Part shown: one piece after another, positions 12,919 through 25,269 of the stretch
How positions within the stretch are numbered: position 1 is the first letter of the stretch
Layout: every line of letters starts with the position of its first letter
Assembly: GCF_006345805.1 (NCBI RefSeq)
Contig: NC_043011.1
Location: 24,316,464-24,380,463 of the forward strand
Direction of reading: 5' to 3'
Source of the DNA: Octopus sinensis
Taxonomy: Eukaryota
DNA length: 64,000 nt
Notes under the pieces: model-generated
Databases searched by the model: none
Told to the model about the DNA's origin: nothing
What the model saw: the letters and a program-made list of their open reading frames with translations, nothing else
Position numbers and translations under genes: made by a program

Positions 12919-13045
12919 CATGTATATAAATCTTTAGTTAAATATATTCTATAAGAATATTATATACTGAATTTATAGTCAATGCTCTTTTGTATCAAAG
13001 TATTAATACTATTAAAGTATTTATACATTTAATACGAGTGATTAT

Positions 13046-13196
13046 ATATAATATATAATACATTGTGAAATAATATCAGGAAATTAATGTCAGAAAAATT
13101 CTTCAGAAAGATATATACATGTGTAAAATAGTTATTGTATTAAAAATATAAATATATATAAAAATATATGTAAATATGTATAAGTATAAATATATG

Positions 13197-13245
<49 letters not shown>

Positions 13246-13728
13246 TGACAGGTTAAAATTTAATAGTTTAAAATTAAGTTTTTAAAAGCATCTTATGATT
13301 GTTTCGCAAAAGTATTGTCTCTATAATGGAATTCTATATTGATAAACATTTATAGACAATACTTCTGCTCCTCAGAGATATAAAATGTGAAGTTTGTATA
13401 ATTTATTAAAAGGTATTTTTTAAAAAATATGAAGTAATATGGGAAAATGGTTTTTATTTGAAATATAAAAAAGTTACTTTGTTATATTTCAAATTTCCAT
13501 TATAGAGACAATACTTTTGCAAAACGTTTGTAAGATGCTTTAAAATTTTATTTTAAACTGTCATATTTATTATATTTATATATTTATACTTATACATATT
13601 TACATATATTTTTATATATATTTATATTTTTAATACAATAATTATTCTACACATGTATAAATCTTTCTGAAGAATTTTTCTGATATTAATCTCCTTATAT
13701 TATTTCACAATATTATTATATATTATAT
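13046..13728. mobile_element. fold-back element (arms about 13046-13335 and 13490-13728) carrying a hammerhead
   Basis: Arms are reverse complements over about 240 bp; (TAA)n expansion in the left arm. Confidence 0.85.
13289..13380 (-). ncRNA. type I hammerhead with long stem II; stem III decayed
   Basis: TATCT-CTGAGGA-GCAGAAGTATTGTCT-(33 nt)-AGACAATACTTTTGC-GAAA-CAATCA-TA-AGATG. Confidence 0.75.
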
Positions 13729-13741
13729 ACATGTATAAAAA

Positions 13742-13900
13742 GCACCTACTACACTCTCGGAGTGGTTGGTATTAGGAAGGGCATCCAGCTGTTGAAACTC
13801 TGCCAGATCAGATTGGTGTAGGCATCTGGTTCGCCAGTCCTCAGTCAAATTGTCCAACCCATGCTAGCATGGAAAGCGGACATTAAATGATGATGATGTA
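13742..13900 (+). mobile_element. RTE-type 3' tail
   Basis: ctacactctcggagtggttggtattaggaagggcatccagc...gcatggaaagcggacattaaatgatgatgatg. Confidence 0.75.
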
Positions 13901-13908
13901 TATATATA

Positions 13909-14109
13909 CAGTAATCCCTCAACTATCACAGGTGTTATGTTCCAAAACCTCCCACACAGATAATTAAAATATAAAAAGATATAAATACTTATCAGCCACA
14001 GAAACCCAGATATGCTGAGGAATCTGTGATATAAATTTATATTAGCCAGAAAAACCCGCAATGTACTGAGTGCATGATAGGTAAACAGTGATATGGTGGG
14101 GGATTACAG
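13909..14109. mobile_element. Tc1/pogo-type MITE
   Basis: TA-CAGTAATCCCTCAACTATCAC ... GTGATATGGTGGGGGATTACAG-TA, imperfect TIRs with TA TSD. Confidence 0.65.
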
Positions 14110-14629
14110 TATGTATATACATATATATATATATTATATATATTATATATTATATGTGTGTGTGTGAATATATATATACTTATAGATATACATATATATA
14201 TATACATTCTTAATATATATATATATATATATATATATTTTTAACTGTTTCTTATTCAAGCAATTACAATAGAAAAACCAATATCTGAATATCTGGGAAA
14301 GTAGTTGACATTTTTTTAGTAATTAAAGATATGCCTGAAGCTATAAGCTGGGCCAAGGTTGCAGTTATCTAAATACCCATTATGCGATGGTGTATAATCC
14401 AAAATGACTGACATGACATAGGTACTTGTTCCAATTACAAGTGACCTAGGGCTAAACATAACTAATGCACCAATAGTCGTTATTCTTTTTTATATATTTT
14501 TCAACAGTTTTAAAAGGGTAATTATTGAGGATTAGAAATTAATAGCTGAGATAAGGAATTATAGAAACAAACAGAATAACAATGAATAATGATAGTAAAT
14601 ATGTTATTTTAGTTTTGTGATTCAATAGT

Positions 14630-15006
14630 CATGGCTGTGTGGTAAGAAGCTTGCTAAGCTTGTTTTCCAACCATGTGGTCTTGGGTTCAGTCCTATTGTG
14701 TGCAAGTGTCTTCCACTAAATTCCTATACTGATCAAAGCCTTGTGAGTGGATTTCATAGCTGGAAATTGAAAGAAACCTGTTATATATATATATATATTC
14801 TTTTACTTTTTTCAGTCATCCAACTGTAGCCATGCTGGAGCACTGCCTTAAAAGGTTTTTGTTGAAGAAATCAATCCCAGGGCTTAATCTTTGTAAGCCT
14901 AGTACTTATGCTATCGGTTCTTTTGCTGAACTGCTAAGTTACGGGACATAATACAATGGTGGGAGGACAAACTCTGATACAATGATGCACACACATACAT
15001 AAATAT

Positions 15007-15058
<52 letters not shown>

Positions 15059-15150
15059 ACAGGCTTCTTTTAGTTTCCATCTACCAAATCCACTCACAAG
15101 GTTTTGATCTGCCTGAGGCTATAATAGACGACACTTGCCCAAGGTGCCTA
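14630..15150. mobile_element. SINE A 5' part (+, 14630-14790) abutting a SINE A copy (-, 14797-15150)
   Basis: Family A motifs in both orientations. Confidence 0.75.
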
Positions 15151-15188
15151 CAATGTCAATCTAAAAATAAACAACCACATTATTTTAA

Positions 15189-15490
15189 CACTAGAAGGAC
15201 CAAGTATATCAACTGATGCATCTTGAAATCTCAGCTGCACACAACTCAAAATTACTGTAAATTTTGACATCATGGTGATTCACTTTTCATAGTTTTGTGA
15301 TATCTATATACACTATATATTATAGGTTGTGTGCACCAACTGTAAAAACAAAAACAAATAAACCACATGAAGTCACAAAATTCAATAGATTTATACATTT
15401 AATAAAGGGTTTTTTTACTTCTCCATTTTTTTTCCGTTTCAAATTATAAAACATCTTTGCGTCAATTGACGCAATTCTGATCCTTAAAGG
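15189..15490. mobile_element. degenerate piggyBac-like MITE
   Basis: TTAA-CACTAGAAGGACC...TCAACTGATGCA versus reverse end CCTTTAAGGATC...TCAATTGACGCA. Confidence 0.35.
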
Positions 15491-16039
15491 TAAGTGAAAA
15501 GTCTGGTCCTTGTAGTGTTAATCTTGAAGCTACAAGATAATACATGACTAATTAAAAAAAAGTGAATAATTCACTTGACAGAGTAATCAGAATGCTAAAG
15601 GGTCAGAGTGTGAAAAAATGAAATAGGAATTTTGAAAGAAGCATCTATAAAATTAGTTTTCCAATTTCAAGTGGCAGTGGTAATCAAAGGAGTCCACAGG
15701 CAAAATGGTTGAGAACCACTCAACTAAATCTTTCAAGGTAGTGCTCCAGCATGGCATAGTCCAATGATTGAAACAAGTAAAGCATAAGGATTAAATTCTT
15801 CATGAGAAAATATACACCTGACAAACATCTGATCCCCCACCTGCTCCTCTCACACAAATGATAATAAATAACATCCAAGACATACTTTAGTTAAACTTTA
15901 AACAAGTAACTAAATAAAGAAATGTGAAAAAAAAAAACTGAACAAAATCTGAGCCAAAAATCAATCATTTATTTCTTTTAAAAATAATTTTCTGTCTGTT
16001 TTATGTAACTTTGGTATTTCAGTCTCTCATGCACTGGAA

Positions 16040-16451
16040 ACAATGGACAGAAAACTGTGCAGCAGCAGTAGTAGTATTAGTAGTAGTAGTTGTGATGGTG
16101 GTGGTGATAGTAGTAGTGGTAGTGGTGGTGATAGTTGTAGTAGTGGTAGTGATAGCAGTAGTAACAGTAGTGGTGATGATGGGAATAATAGTGGTGGTAG
16201 TAGTAGTAGTAGTGGTGGGGGTAGTAATAGTAGTAGTGGTTATGTAGCTGCTGCTGCTAGTAGTAGTAGCAGTAGTAGTGGTGGTGGTAGTGATAGCAGT
16301 TGTAGTAGTGTTGGTGGTGGGAATAGTAGTAATGGTGGTGGTAGTAGTAGTAGTAGTATCGGTGCTGCTGCTAGTAGTAGTAGTGATGGTGGTGGTGGTG
16401 GTAGTGATAGCAGTTGTAGTAGTGATGATGGTGGGAATAGTAGTAATGGTG

Positions 16452-16485
<34 letters not shown>

Positions 16486-16590
16486 CAGCAGCAGCAGTAG
16501 TAGTAGCGGTGGTGGTGGTGATGTAGCTGCTGCCATTAGTAGTAGTGGTATTGGTAGTGGTGGTGGTGCTGCTAGTAGTAGTAGTAGCTG
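16040..16590. repeat. mosaic GTA/GGT/GCA trinucleotide repeat
   Basis: Direct reading; gives poly-V, poly-S/G and poly-L/P ORFs; contains higher-order duplicated blocks. Confidence 0.95.
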
Positions 16591-17122
16591 AAAACTCAGC
16601 AGCGCATACCTTAGAAACTTCCCTAGACAGATTTCCTAAAGCTTCATGGATTAAAAATAAAATAAATCAATGAACAGAACTGAATGTAATATAAAACACA
16701 AACAAAAAAAAAAGAAGAAGAGAAAATAGAAAATAGTTTCTGAGGGATCAGGCTAACCCAGAGAGTTGAGGCTGCCAGGAAAACTCTTTAAGGAATGCAG
16801 AACATGTGGAAGGATTACCAGAAATATTATCCAGTACCAACTTAAAAGAATGAAAGTGAAAACAGTGGTTACTTAGAAACCCATAAGCATATTGCTTCCT
16901 TCCTTCCTAAAGAGGAAGAGAGAAAGTGGAGATAAACAATATTACAACTAATTCATGTCTTTTATCTTTTACTTGTCTCAGTCATTAGACTGTGGCCATG
17001 TTGGAGTGCTGCCTTGAAGGGTCTAATCCTTGAGCATTTAAACCAGCTATATTCGGCCTAAATATTTTACCAGTTCTATGTTGAACCAACCAGATCTGGT
17101 CTCTCACTTTTATATATATATA

Positions 17123-17191
<69 letters not shown>

Positions 17192-17193
<2 letters not shown>

Positions 17194-17654
17194 AAGTTCA
17201 TGTTCAGTTAAATGAAGGAAAAAAAATGGAGAGTTAAGATGATAATAATTATTTATTATTAAAAAATTGGTAATCTTTACTTCTTACAACCATTTCCATT
17301 AGTGCTCAATAGGTGAAATATAAATTCATGTTTTAAATTTGCATTTACATGTTATGAGCGTAATTTCATCTGAGAAAGATATACATTAAGATATTACATG
17401 TGAGCCCTACCATTAATGCAAGCAGACTCTGCTTGCATGAATGGTAGTGTCCACACCTTAATGTATATCTTTCTCTGATGTAATTATGCTCATACATACA
17501 AATGCAAATTTAAAGCATAAATTTGTATTTTATCTATTGAGCACTAATGGAAACATTTGTAAGAAGTAAAGATTACCAATTTTTTAATAATAAATAATTA
17601 TTATCATCTTAAATCTCCATTTTCTTTCCTTCATTTAACTGAACATGAACTTTA
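17192..17654. mobile_element. near-complete 463-bp palindrome with a hammerhead remnant in each arm
   Basis: Centre GCAAGCAGA-C-TCTGCTTGC at 17427; arms of about 230 bp end taaagttcatg / catgaacttta. Confidence 0.9.
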
Positions 17655-17789
17655 TTCTTAATACATACCTATTGATTTAAAGAAATTTAATTTCCCAAAA
17701 TTACTAGGTATAAAACCAGTATTTCCTTGGATGCAACCATCCCTTTATGAGGGTAACTTATCCTCTAAGCAATTTTAATTTATATATAT

Positions 17790-18015
17790 GTGTGTAAGTC
17801 TTTGTGTATATATTTGTCCCCTACCACTGCTTGACAAGTGGTATTGGTGTGTTTTTGTTCCCGTAACTTAGTGGTTCAACAAAGAGACTGATAGATTAGT
17901 ACCAGGTTTTACAAAAGAATAATAAGTACTGGTGTCAATAAGTTGGACTACAATTCTTCAAGGAGGTGTCCCAACATGGCGACGGTCTAATGACTGAAAC
18001 AAATAAAAGATAAAA
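17790..18015 (+). mobile_element. SINE A 3' half
   Basis: tttgtccc...cttgacaa...cccgtaacttag...gactgaaacaaataaaag. Confidence 0.7.
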
Positions 18016-18444
18016 GATATATATATATAACAAGAAGTAAAAGGGATTAATAAATCCAGGTAGGTATCTAGAAAGCACTCAGTGTTAAATGAATTTGGTT
18101 ACTCTATCCAACAATCAGATATCAATGAATGCAAGTAGAATTAACATCCAAAATATGATAAGTAAATCCAAATATCACATAGAAGAATTTCAAGAAATTC
18201 AGATTATAAGACAAAAAGAATAAGAATGGAGAAAATCACATCTTTAATTGGTGATTACACCTTACATTATCAACAACTGTTTCTATTGTGCCAGCATATT
18301 TAGATACAAAAAAGGTATAAAATACCAGCCAAATTAATATATCCAAAAATATATGTTAACACAATGTCATTAAATCAAAAATTGATTAAATTCAAAGTGA
18401 ACTAAGAAAATAACTCTAATAGGCAAACACATACAAAAAGAATG

Positions 18445-18640
18445 TTCTTTTCTGCTCTAGGCACAAGGCCCGAAATTTTTGGGGAGGGAGTCCAGTCGAT
18501 TAGATCAACCCCAGTATGCAACTGGTACTTAATTTATTGACCTCGAAAGGATGAAAGGCAAAGTCGACCTTGGTGGAATTTGATCTCAGAAAGTAAAGTC
18601 AGACGAAATACCACTAAGCATTTCACCCAGTGTGCTAACA
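18445..18640 (-). mobile_element. SINE family C
   Basis: Reverse of family C (aaggatgaaaggcaaagtcgacct). Confidence 0.8.
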
Positions 18641-20944
18641 ATACAAAAAGAATGTTAAGAAGAATATAATATATATATATATATGACAGGCTTCCACCTA
18701 CTTTTTTATACCAAATTCATTCACATTTGGTTATTCAGGGAAGACACTTGCACACAGCGATCTTCTGTGGGACTGAACTTGAACCCAAGTGGTTTGGAAA
18801 TAAACTTTTTACCACACATCAATGCCTTAATGATGCAGTCACAAAAAATGGTTCATTTTTACTTTGAATTAGCTGAACACATCATAGCAAAAATGATGTA
18901 AAACCATTTCATTTGGCTAACAGCATTACATATTTTTATTATTTCTTCAGCTTACACTTAACAAGCTTATATTGCACAAACAGCTTTCCATCAAATCCCA
19001 ACCTGTAAAAAGAGAGGATACATTAAATAATATAGTCCAAAAAATATACTATATTAGAAATAAATAAGATGATCACAGCTTGAGTGCCTTTGATCATAGA
19101 TCTACTTGAACACTACTGACCTGGGGTTAAACAAGAACAACACCACCACCAACAGCAGTATACATTTTTCATACATATATTTTGTGGGGAAAAAGAGAAG
19201 TTCATTCTTTCCAAATTTGTTTTACTTATTTCACCCTCTGAACTCTTTGACAATTATGACTCCATTTAGAATGCTAATTAGATCCCACAAGGCATATCAT
19301 CTGTTATTTCCAGTAGATGATTCAAGAAGACCATGGTCTTTAGTTCTTGGCTATCCATACTGGCCAGGATATTGATTAAAATTTGAGTGAATCTGCAATA
19401 TTTCATCAAATTAGAGAAATGTCTCATCTATCAAGCTTTATTAAGTCTTTTAATATTTTTTGTAAAATTGAAACTGACATTTAAAAATCTGTCATGCAAA
19501 CATAATAATATTCAGTTATTTTTTTTTGGGGGGGGGTGAATTTTATTTTTAAATACTCCATAAAGTAATACTTCATTGGCTGAACATATTGTGGAAATAA
19601 ATGATTTATCAACAAAGTTTAGATAACAGTTGTAAATATGTAAGATTAAAGCTTTCAGTAGATATAACCAACTGACATTTATTCTTAGTGGTGATTGATA
19701 TATTATAAATCAATCTCGGTTAACTTTCTGGTAAATAGAAGACTAAAAGTTAATCTCTAAAATATGGATAACATTTATTTATAAAGTTGATATGTTGCCA
19801 AAATATCTACAGCACATGATGAAGTTTCTGGGGCATTATAGATACAAATAATATTTCAATACCATAACTATGATACTGTCTCAGTCAGGCAGTTCTAGAA
19901 TAAATAAGCTGCTGCAGTATTCAACTGCCATTCCAATAGGTTTCCCAAACAATTATTCATCTAGTACAAATCTACCTAGAACCTACTTTAATTTTATCGA
20001 TCTATTTAAGAACTGGTGTTTATATAATTTATAAATATTAAAATCTGATGCCTCACTTTGTCATATTAAGAGATATTGGTGTATCGGAAACTATTCTCAC
20101 AAGAATTGCAAAAGCATCTAAATCCAAGATAGACTGAGTCCTTACAAATGCAACTTTTTGTTTTATTGTATACTGATAGCTGATAATGAGTGTTTCACTT
20201 TTATAACTTTTATTTTATATCTCAGAATATTAATGGAATCTGTCTACAAACTCTGTATTTGTGTAATATTATATTAACAAGCTCACTGTATTTGTGTAAT
20301 ATCACATTAACAAACTCTCTCTATGTTTCTCAAAAATGCTGTACTGGTTTCCCATAAAATATTTATTAGCAATAATTAGTCAATGGTTTTCTTCTTCTTA
20401 GGTTCAATATTTAATTTTCAAGTCGATGGAGAATAAGTTAGTTTTATCTTATTACTCATAATTATTTCATAAACCTCTGGTGGAATGGAAGGCAAAAATT
20501 TAGCTTAGAATTATGAAGTTATTTCTAAGATATGTATATCTAAAAGATATCTTATATATGACATTATATATAAGATATTACAAGGTCACATTGGAATTTT
20601 CTGCCATTTCCATTCCATTATCTAAATAACATTCAATGGAAAACCTCTTTATATACAAGCACACACACACACATATATAAAAGAGGTTTTTAATTTGCCT
20701 ACACACGCATATATATATATATATATATACAACAACAATTGAGGAACGGCCTCAATAGGCCATTTGACCCACTAGAAAGAGCAGCCAGGACTCAAACCAC
20801 CAAGTAGTAGTAATTCAGAAATTAAAGGAAAATTAAAAAAACATTTACCCTATTCATCTTTAGACAATGCATTGTTTCGACGTTTTTAATGGCAAACCAG
20901 CCTAATTAAATTAAATTAAACTTAATCAAGTCAATCTACCAAAG

Positions 20945-21105
20945 GCTACGTCTCATCGGATTTCTCGTAATTTTGTGTAAATAAAACAATAAATCAAGGG
21001 ATGTTACATGAAATTATGAGAAATACCGAGAACAAAATGAGACTGTTTTCTAAAATGGTGGTGAATACCTTTCTCTATGTGATTGGCTTGAAAAATTTTT
21101 AAAAC
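20945..21105. repeat. partial copy of the interior of the 21762-22095 fold-back
   Basis: ggatttctc(g/a)taattttgtgtaaat...gattggcttgaaaaatt nearly identical to 21895-22040. Confidence 0.85.
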
Positions 21106-21761
21106 ACATATATGCATATGTGGGTGTTTTTTCCCCCATCCTTCTCTAATTCCCTTTTTCTCCCCTTCACAGTATTCTATCTGTCTCTATCTCTCCCCTC
21201 TTTCTCTTTTTCTCTCTCATTGCTTACACATGACCATTGTTCATCTTCTTTTCCTTCACAATTTCTCTCTCTTGTATTTTCTCTCTTTTCAAAGAAAATA
21301 TTTCTCCAGCATTTGCTATTTTACCCTTCATGTTTGTTTTCATTTGCGTTCCTTGTATGTCTCCACTGTCCTGTTTTTGTTCCTAACTTTGACCCTCCAT
21401 AAATCCCAAATTTTATTTTGGCATTTATGGGAGCAACTGTCTTCGAAGATTCATATTGTCGTTCAATGCTTGAAACAACTGATGAAGGATTGTTCTTTGT
21501 GTTACTTGTCCTGTTTTCCATTTTTTCTCTTGTTGTTTGCGTATTCAACTCATTTATTTTTGTATTTCCCATTATTTACTGTTGATGACGTCCTGTATAC
21601 ATTTTTGCAAATATATATATATGCATGTATTTTTATATATTATTTATATTATTTACTAATTGAACGCCATACATTCATTTCCAAGTATATATATGTGTGT
21701 GTGTTGAACAATGAAATGAGTGCTCAACATTACATTGGTGGATATATAATTTCTTCATTTC

Positions 21762-22095
21762 TGAATTAAGGCTACCATTGGTTTCATGTTAAGAAAAGCA
21801 GGAAAATATCCTAGCTTCTTAACAATTTTTCAAGCCAAACACATGGAGAAAGATGTTTGCCTCCATTTTGGAAAACAATCTCGCTTCGTTTATGGATTTC
21901 TCATAATTTTGTGTAAATAAAACAATAAATCAAGGGATGTTACATGAAATTATGAGAAATACCGAGAACAAAATGAAACTGTTTTCTAAAATGGAGGTGA
22001 ATACCTTTCTCTATGTGATTGGCTTGAAAAATTGTTAAAACACTAGGATATTTTCCTGCTTTTCTTAACCTGAAGCCAATGGTAGCCTTAATTCA
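21762..22095. mobile_element. fold-back element, arms about 155 bp, spacer about 20 bp
   Basis: tgaattaaggctaccattgg...gttaagaaaagcaggaaaatatcctag and its reverse complement at 22040-22095. Confidence 0.85.
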
Positions 22096-22622
22096 CAAAG
22101 AAAAAATATATATATATATAGGTGTGTGGGTGTGTATGTGTGTGTGTAGATGTGCGTTTGTGTGTGTGTGCATATATATGTGTGTATATATATATAAGAA
22201 ATTAAAGAAGGAAATTGTACACACATTACATAGTTTTAATATAATTTTTAATATATCTTGGATTGTGTTTGTTGACCGGTTTCGCTTTTGCTATTCATGA
22301 CATTAAAATTTATTGAAATACATATTTTCTTCAGAAGAATTTTTTGTTCATGTTGTGTGTGAAGTTTATGAATGAATGATTTAACAAGTAGAAAAATCTA
22401 AGGGGAGGTAATTGGTTATCGTTATTATTGTGGGCAGGAGAGATAATTGTTCAGCTTTCAGTAGTGGGGAGAAATATATATACACAAAAATTCAAAAAAT
22501 GGAGTAGTGGGAAGAAATATGTACAGTGATGGGTTTGCAACTGTGAATTAAAATATGTAAAGAGATCAAAGTTGGTTATGCATGCATATTTAGATGTGTT
22601 CTGAATTTTTCTAATCTAGCCA

Positions 22623-22940
22623 TTATTTATGGCATTTCTGCATTTTAATTATAAGGTTTTGAACAGTTTGATTATTATCATCAAACCAGTCATGGTGTTT
22701 TCGAAAGGGCAGACCAAGAACATCAACAGATGATTGATAAGTGGCCTTCTTGAATGGTTTCCAGGATGATTCTGTATCCTCATTTATTACCACCATATCA
22801 AGAGTAGAGTGCAAAGTGGTTGATAACTCTGCTTGCTTTACACATGATTTTAAAGATGGAGAGTTAAGACAACTTCCACAAAAGCCTCTACCTCCACAAG
22901 GCAGAACACAAGAATCATAGAAATAGCAGCTGAGAGTGTA
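22623..22940 (-). pseudogene. RTE retrotransposon ORF fragment (endonuclease-RT linker)
   Basis: WKPFKKATYQSSVDVLGLPFRKHHDWFDDNNQTVQNLI, an RTE/BovB-like motif. Confidence 0.75.
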
Positions 22941-22974
22941 GTGGGTTTCTTTTGACCTGAGACTGGTATCAGCT

Positions 22975-23600
22975 ACAACCACAGTCTCACTTGGCTTGAC
23001 AGATTTGCATAAGCAGGTATATCACCAAAGGTCTCAGTCACCTGTCACTGCCTCCATGAGGCCCAACACTCAAACAGTGCTTTTTATGTGCCACCTGCAC
23101 ATGTGCCAGTTAGATGGCACTGGCATCGGCCATGACTACGATTTCGCTTAGCTTGACAGGTCTTCACAAGCACAGCATATTGCCTAACCTTTGAAGGGTG
23201 CTTTAATGTCCCAGTTATGTGACACGTGGCACTGAAATGAGTCACAATTACAATCTCACTTGGCTTGACAGGTCTTCTCAAGCATGGCATATCGCTAAAG
23301 GTCTCAGTCGCTTGTCATTGCCTCTATGAGGGCCCAACATTCGAAGATTGTGCTTCACCACCTTGTCCCATGTCCTCCTGCATCTACCTCTTTCACAGGT
23401 TCCCTCCACTCTTAGAGTACAACACTTCTTCACACAGCTGTCCTTGTCCATAAGCATCATATGACCATACCAGTGCAGTTGTCTCTCTTGCACACCACAT
23501 CTGATGTCACTTATGCACACCTTTTCTCTTAGGATGCTTACACTTTCTCGTGCATGCACACTGACATTATGCAATCTAGTGAGGCATACTAGCTTCATTT
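22975..23600 (-). mobile_element. RTE LINE C-terminus plus repetitive 3' UTR
   Basis: QERQLHWYGHMMLMDKDSCVKKC...EGTCERGRCRRTW; UTR contains cttgtgaagacctgt as at 26 kb. Confidence 0.8.
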
Positions 23601-24529
23601 CTTAAAAGCCTACACATGACCAAGAAAATTAAAATTTTTGTTGTATTTTTGATCTTTCTGATGTCTAAGGATGGATGTTGATGTGTATGTAATTCTGGAG
23701 AGGCAAATTTACTTTATCTTGTCTTACTCATGTTGCCCAGCCTAAATTTGTCTGCTTTATGCTCAAAGACAAAAGTGATAATTTTCTGAGATAGTGTGCT
23801 GAATATGTTATAGGTTTTACTACATTTAGAGGTCTTCATTTAGCTGATATAATTTTGGCATGGTAGTGAACATTTGTAAAAAATATTTTTTCTTCAAAGT
23901 CAAAAATGCAGTAAATATTACTCATTGTACCCCCACTGGAAACTGAAAAAGCAGACCTTTGGAAATAGCTGTTTGAATTTTCCCATTTTTGTTGGGATTT
24001 CTCCTACTTTCTTTTTCATGCATTGCAAAACAATGAAGGGGAGCCATTTAAAAAGAAGAAATTTTAAAATCCATGTCTTTTAAATGTTGATGTCTCCCCC
24101 ACCCATTCACACACAAACACACATGCACACTCATCATGACTTTGGAACAGCAACAACCACAAAATTGATTTTTTTTTTCTTTTTCCTAATTTTCTGTTGT
24201 TTTATCTTATTCCACTTTCTGAAACATTTGTAACTCATATTAAAGAAGAAAAAATCCTACACCTTCTTCCCCACTTCTTTGTACTTTTCACAATGAAAGA
24301 AAAGTCAAACACTGCAAGTGGACGTGTGTAAAACGAAATTTGAATTTTGAAGTGTATCTATAAAGCGACATTTTCAGTCATTTATTTAAACTTTCTCTGC
24401 TAACTCATCAAATTCAATTACATGAAACGGGTTTTGAGATTTAAATTTGGTATTTTCTAAGATTTTTATTCTTGTGTATAAAGCGTCCACCGAACTTGAA
24501 GTGCCCCCCCCCCCCTGGTTTAACTCCAA

Positions 24530-24660
24530 CCCTGCTACGTGGCATGTGATGGAATCTATTTTCTGTACATTTTTAGTGTTAATTGTGCCGGTGCACCTTC
24601 CACACACAAAGCTATTTTCCTTGTTAACCTTCCTCTGATATTGCTGCACCTTTTATGTAG
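24530..24660 (-). pseudogene. RTE ORF fragment (Cys-containing insert)
   Basis: RKVNKENSFVCGRCTGTINTKNVQKIDSITC. Confidence 0.5.
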
Positions 24661-24904
24661 CCATAGCTTACACCAGGTTTATGTGTATATGTATTATATA
24701 TATAAATATATATATTTATTATCATACATATATACCTATATTATATTATAATTTTACACATGCACACACACACACTCGTTTCTCTTTCTATCCTGTTTAT
24801 TATTTACAAAATTCTTCCATTACATAGTTCTGCAGTAGAACTAAAGTTGAGGGCCACAAGTTCAATACATTTTAGGAACAAAAATACTATATATATATAT
24901 ATAT

Positions 24905-25055
24905 ATAGGGAGAATTCACAAAAAAACAAAAGACGAAGACAGGTGGTGTAGACAACAAACAGATGAATTAGTATAACGCTCGGGAAGTGAAAAAGTCTTT
25001 AATGTTTCGAGCCTACACTCTTCCACAGAAAGGAACACAGAAAGAAACAAGGATA
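24905..25055 (-). mobile_element. short hammerhead-like element family F2
   Basis: CTTT-CTGTGGA-A-GAGT-GTAG-GCTC-GAAA-CAT-T-AAAG at 25032-24997; second copy at 39770-39925 (+). Confidence 0.65.
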
Positions 25056-25229
25056 TATATATATATATATAAACTGCAAGAAAAAATAATCTGAGGTTGT
25101 ACATAGAAAGAAGTGATGTTCAAGGAAAATCTAACAAAAATGTATTTCTTCACAAAATATGTAATATAAGATCTGGAATGAAAACCTAATTTATGTTCAG
25201 TAATGTATGGTGCACTATACAAAGTGTGT

Positions 25230-25269
<40 letters not shown>

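Noticed and set aside
15420-15495. AAG/GTAAGT donor as an exon end
   Set aside because: Coincides with the terminus of a degenerate MITE; no upstream acceptor.
16011-16591. 182-aa Ser/Gly-rich and Val- or Leu/Pro-rich ORFs
   Set aside because: Products of a GTA/GGT trinucleotide mosaic; open in several frames, with no splice or homology support.
21230-21769. 179-aa hydrophobic ORF
   Set aside because: Pyrimidine-rich low-complexity repeat sequence with no coding signature.
24386-24530. Minus-strand peptide SSVDALYTRIKILENTKFKSQNPFHVIEFDELAEKV as a terminal exon
   Set aside because: No acceptor (preceded by a G run and an RTE fragment) and no recognised homology.
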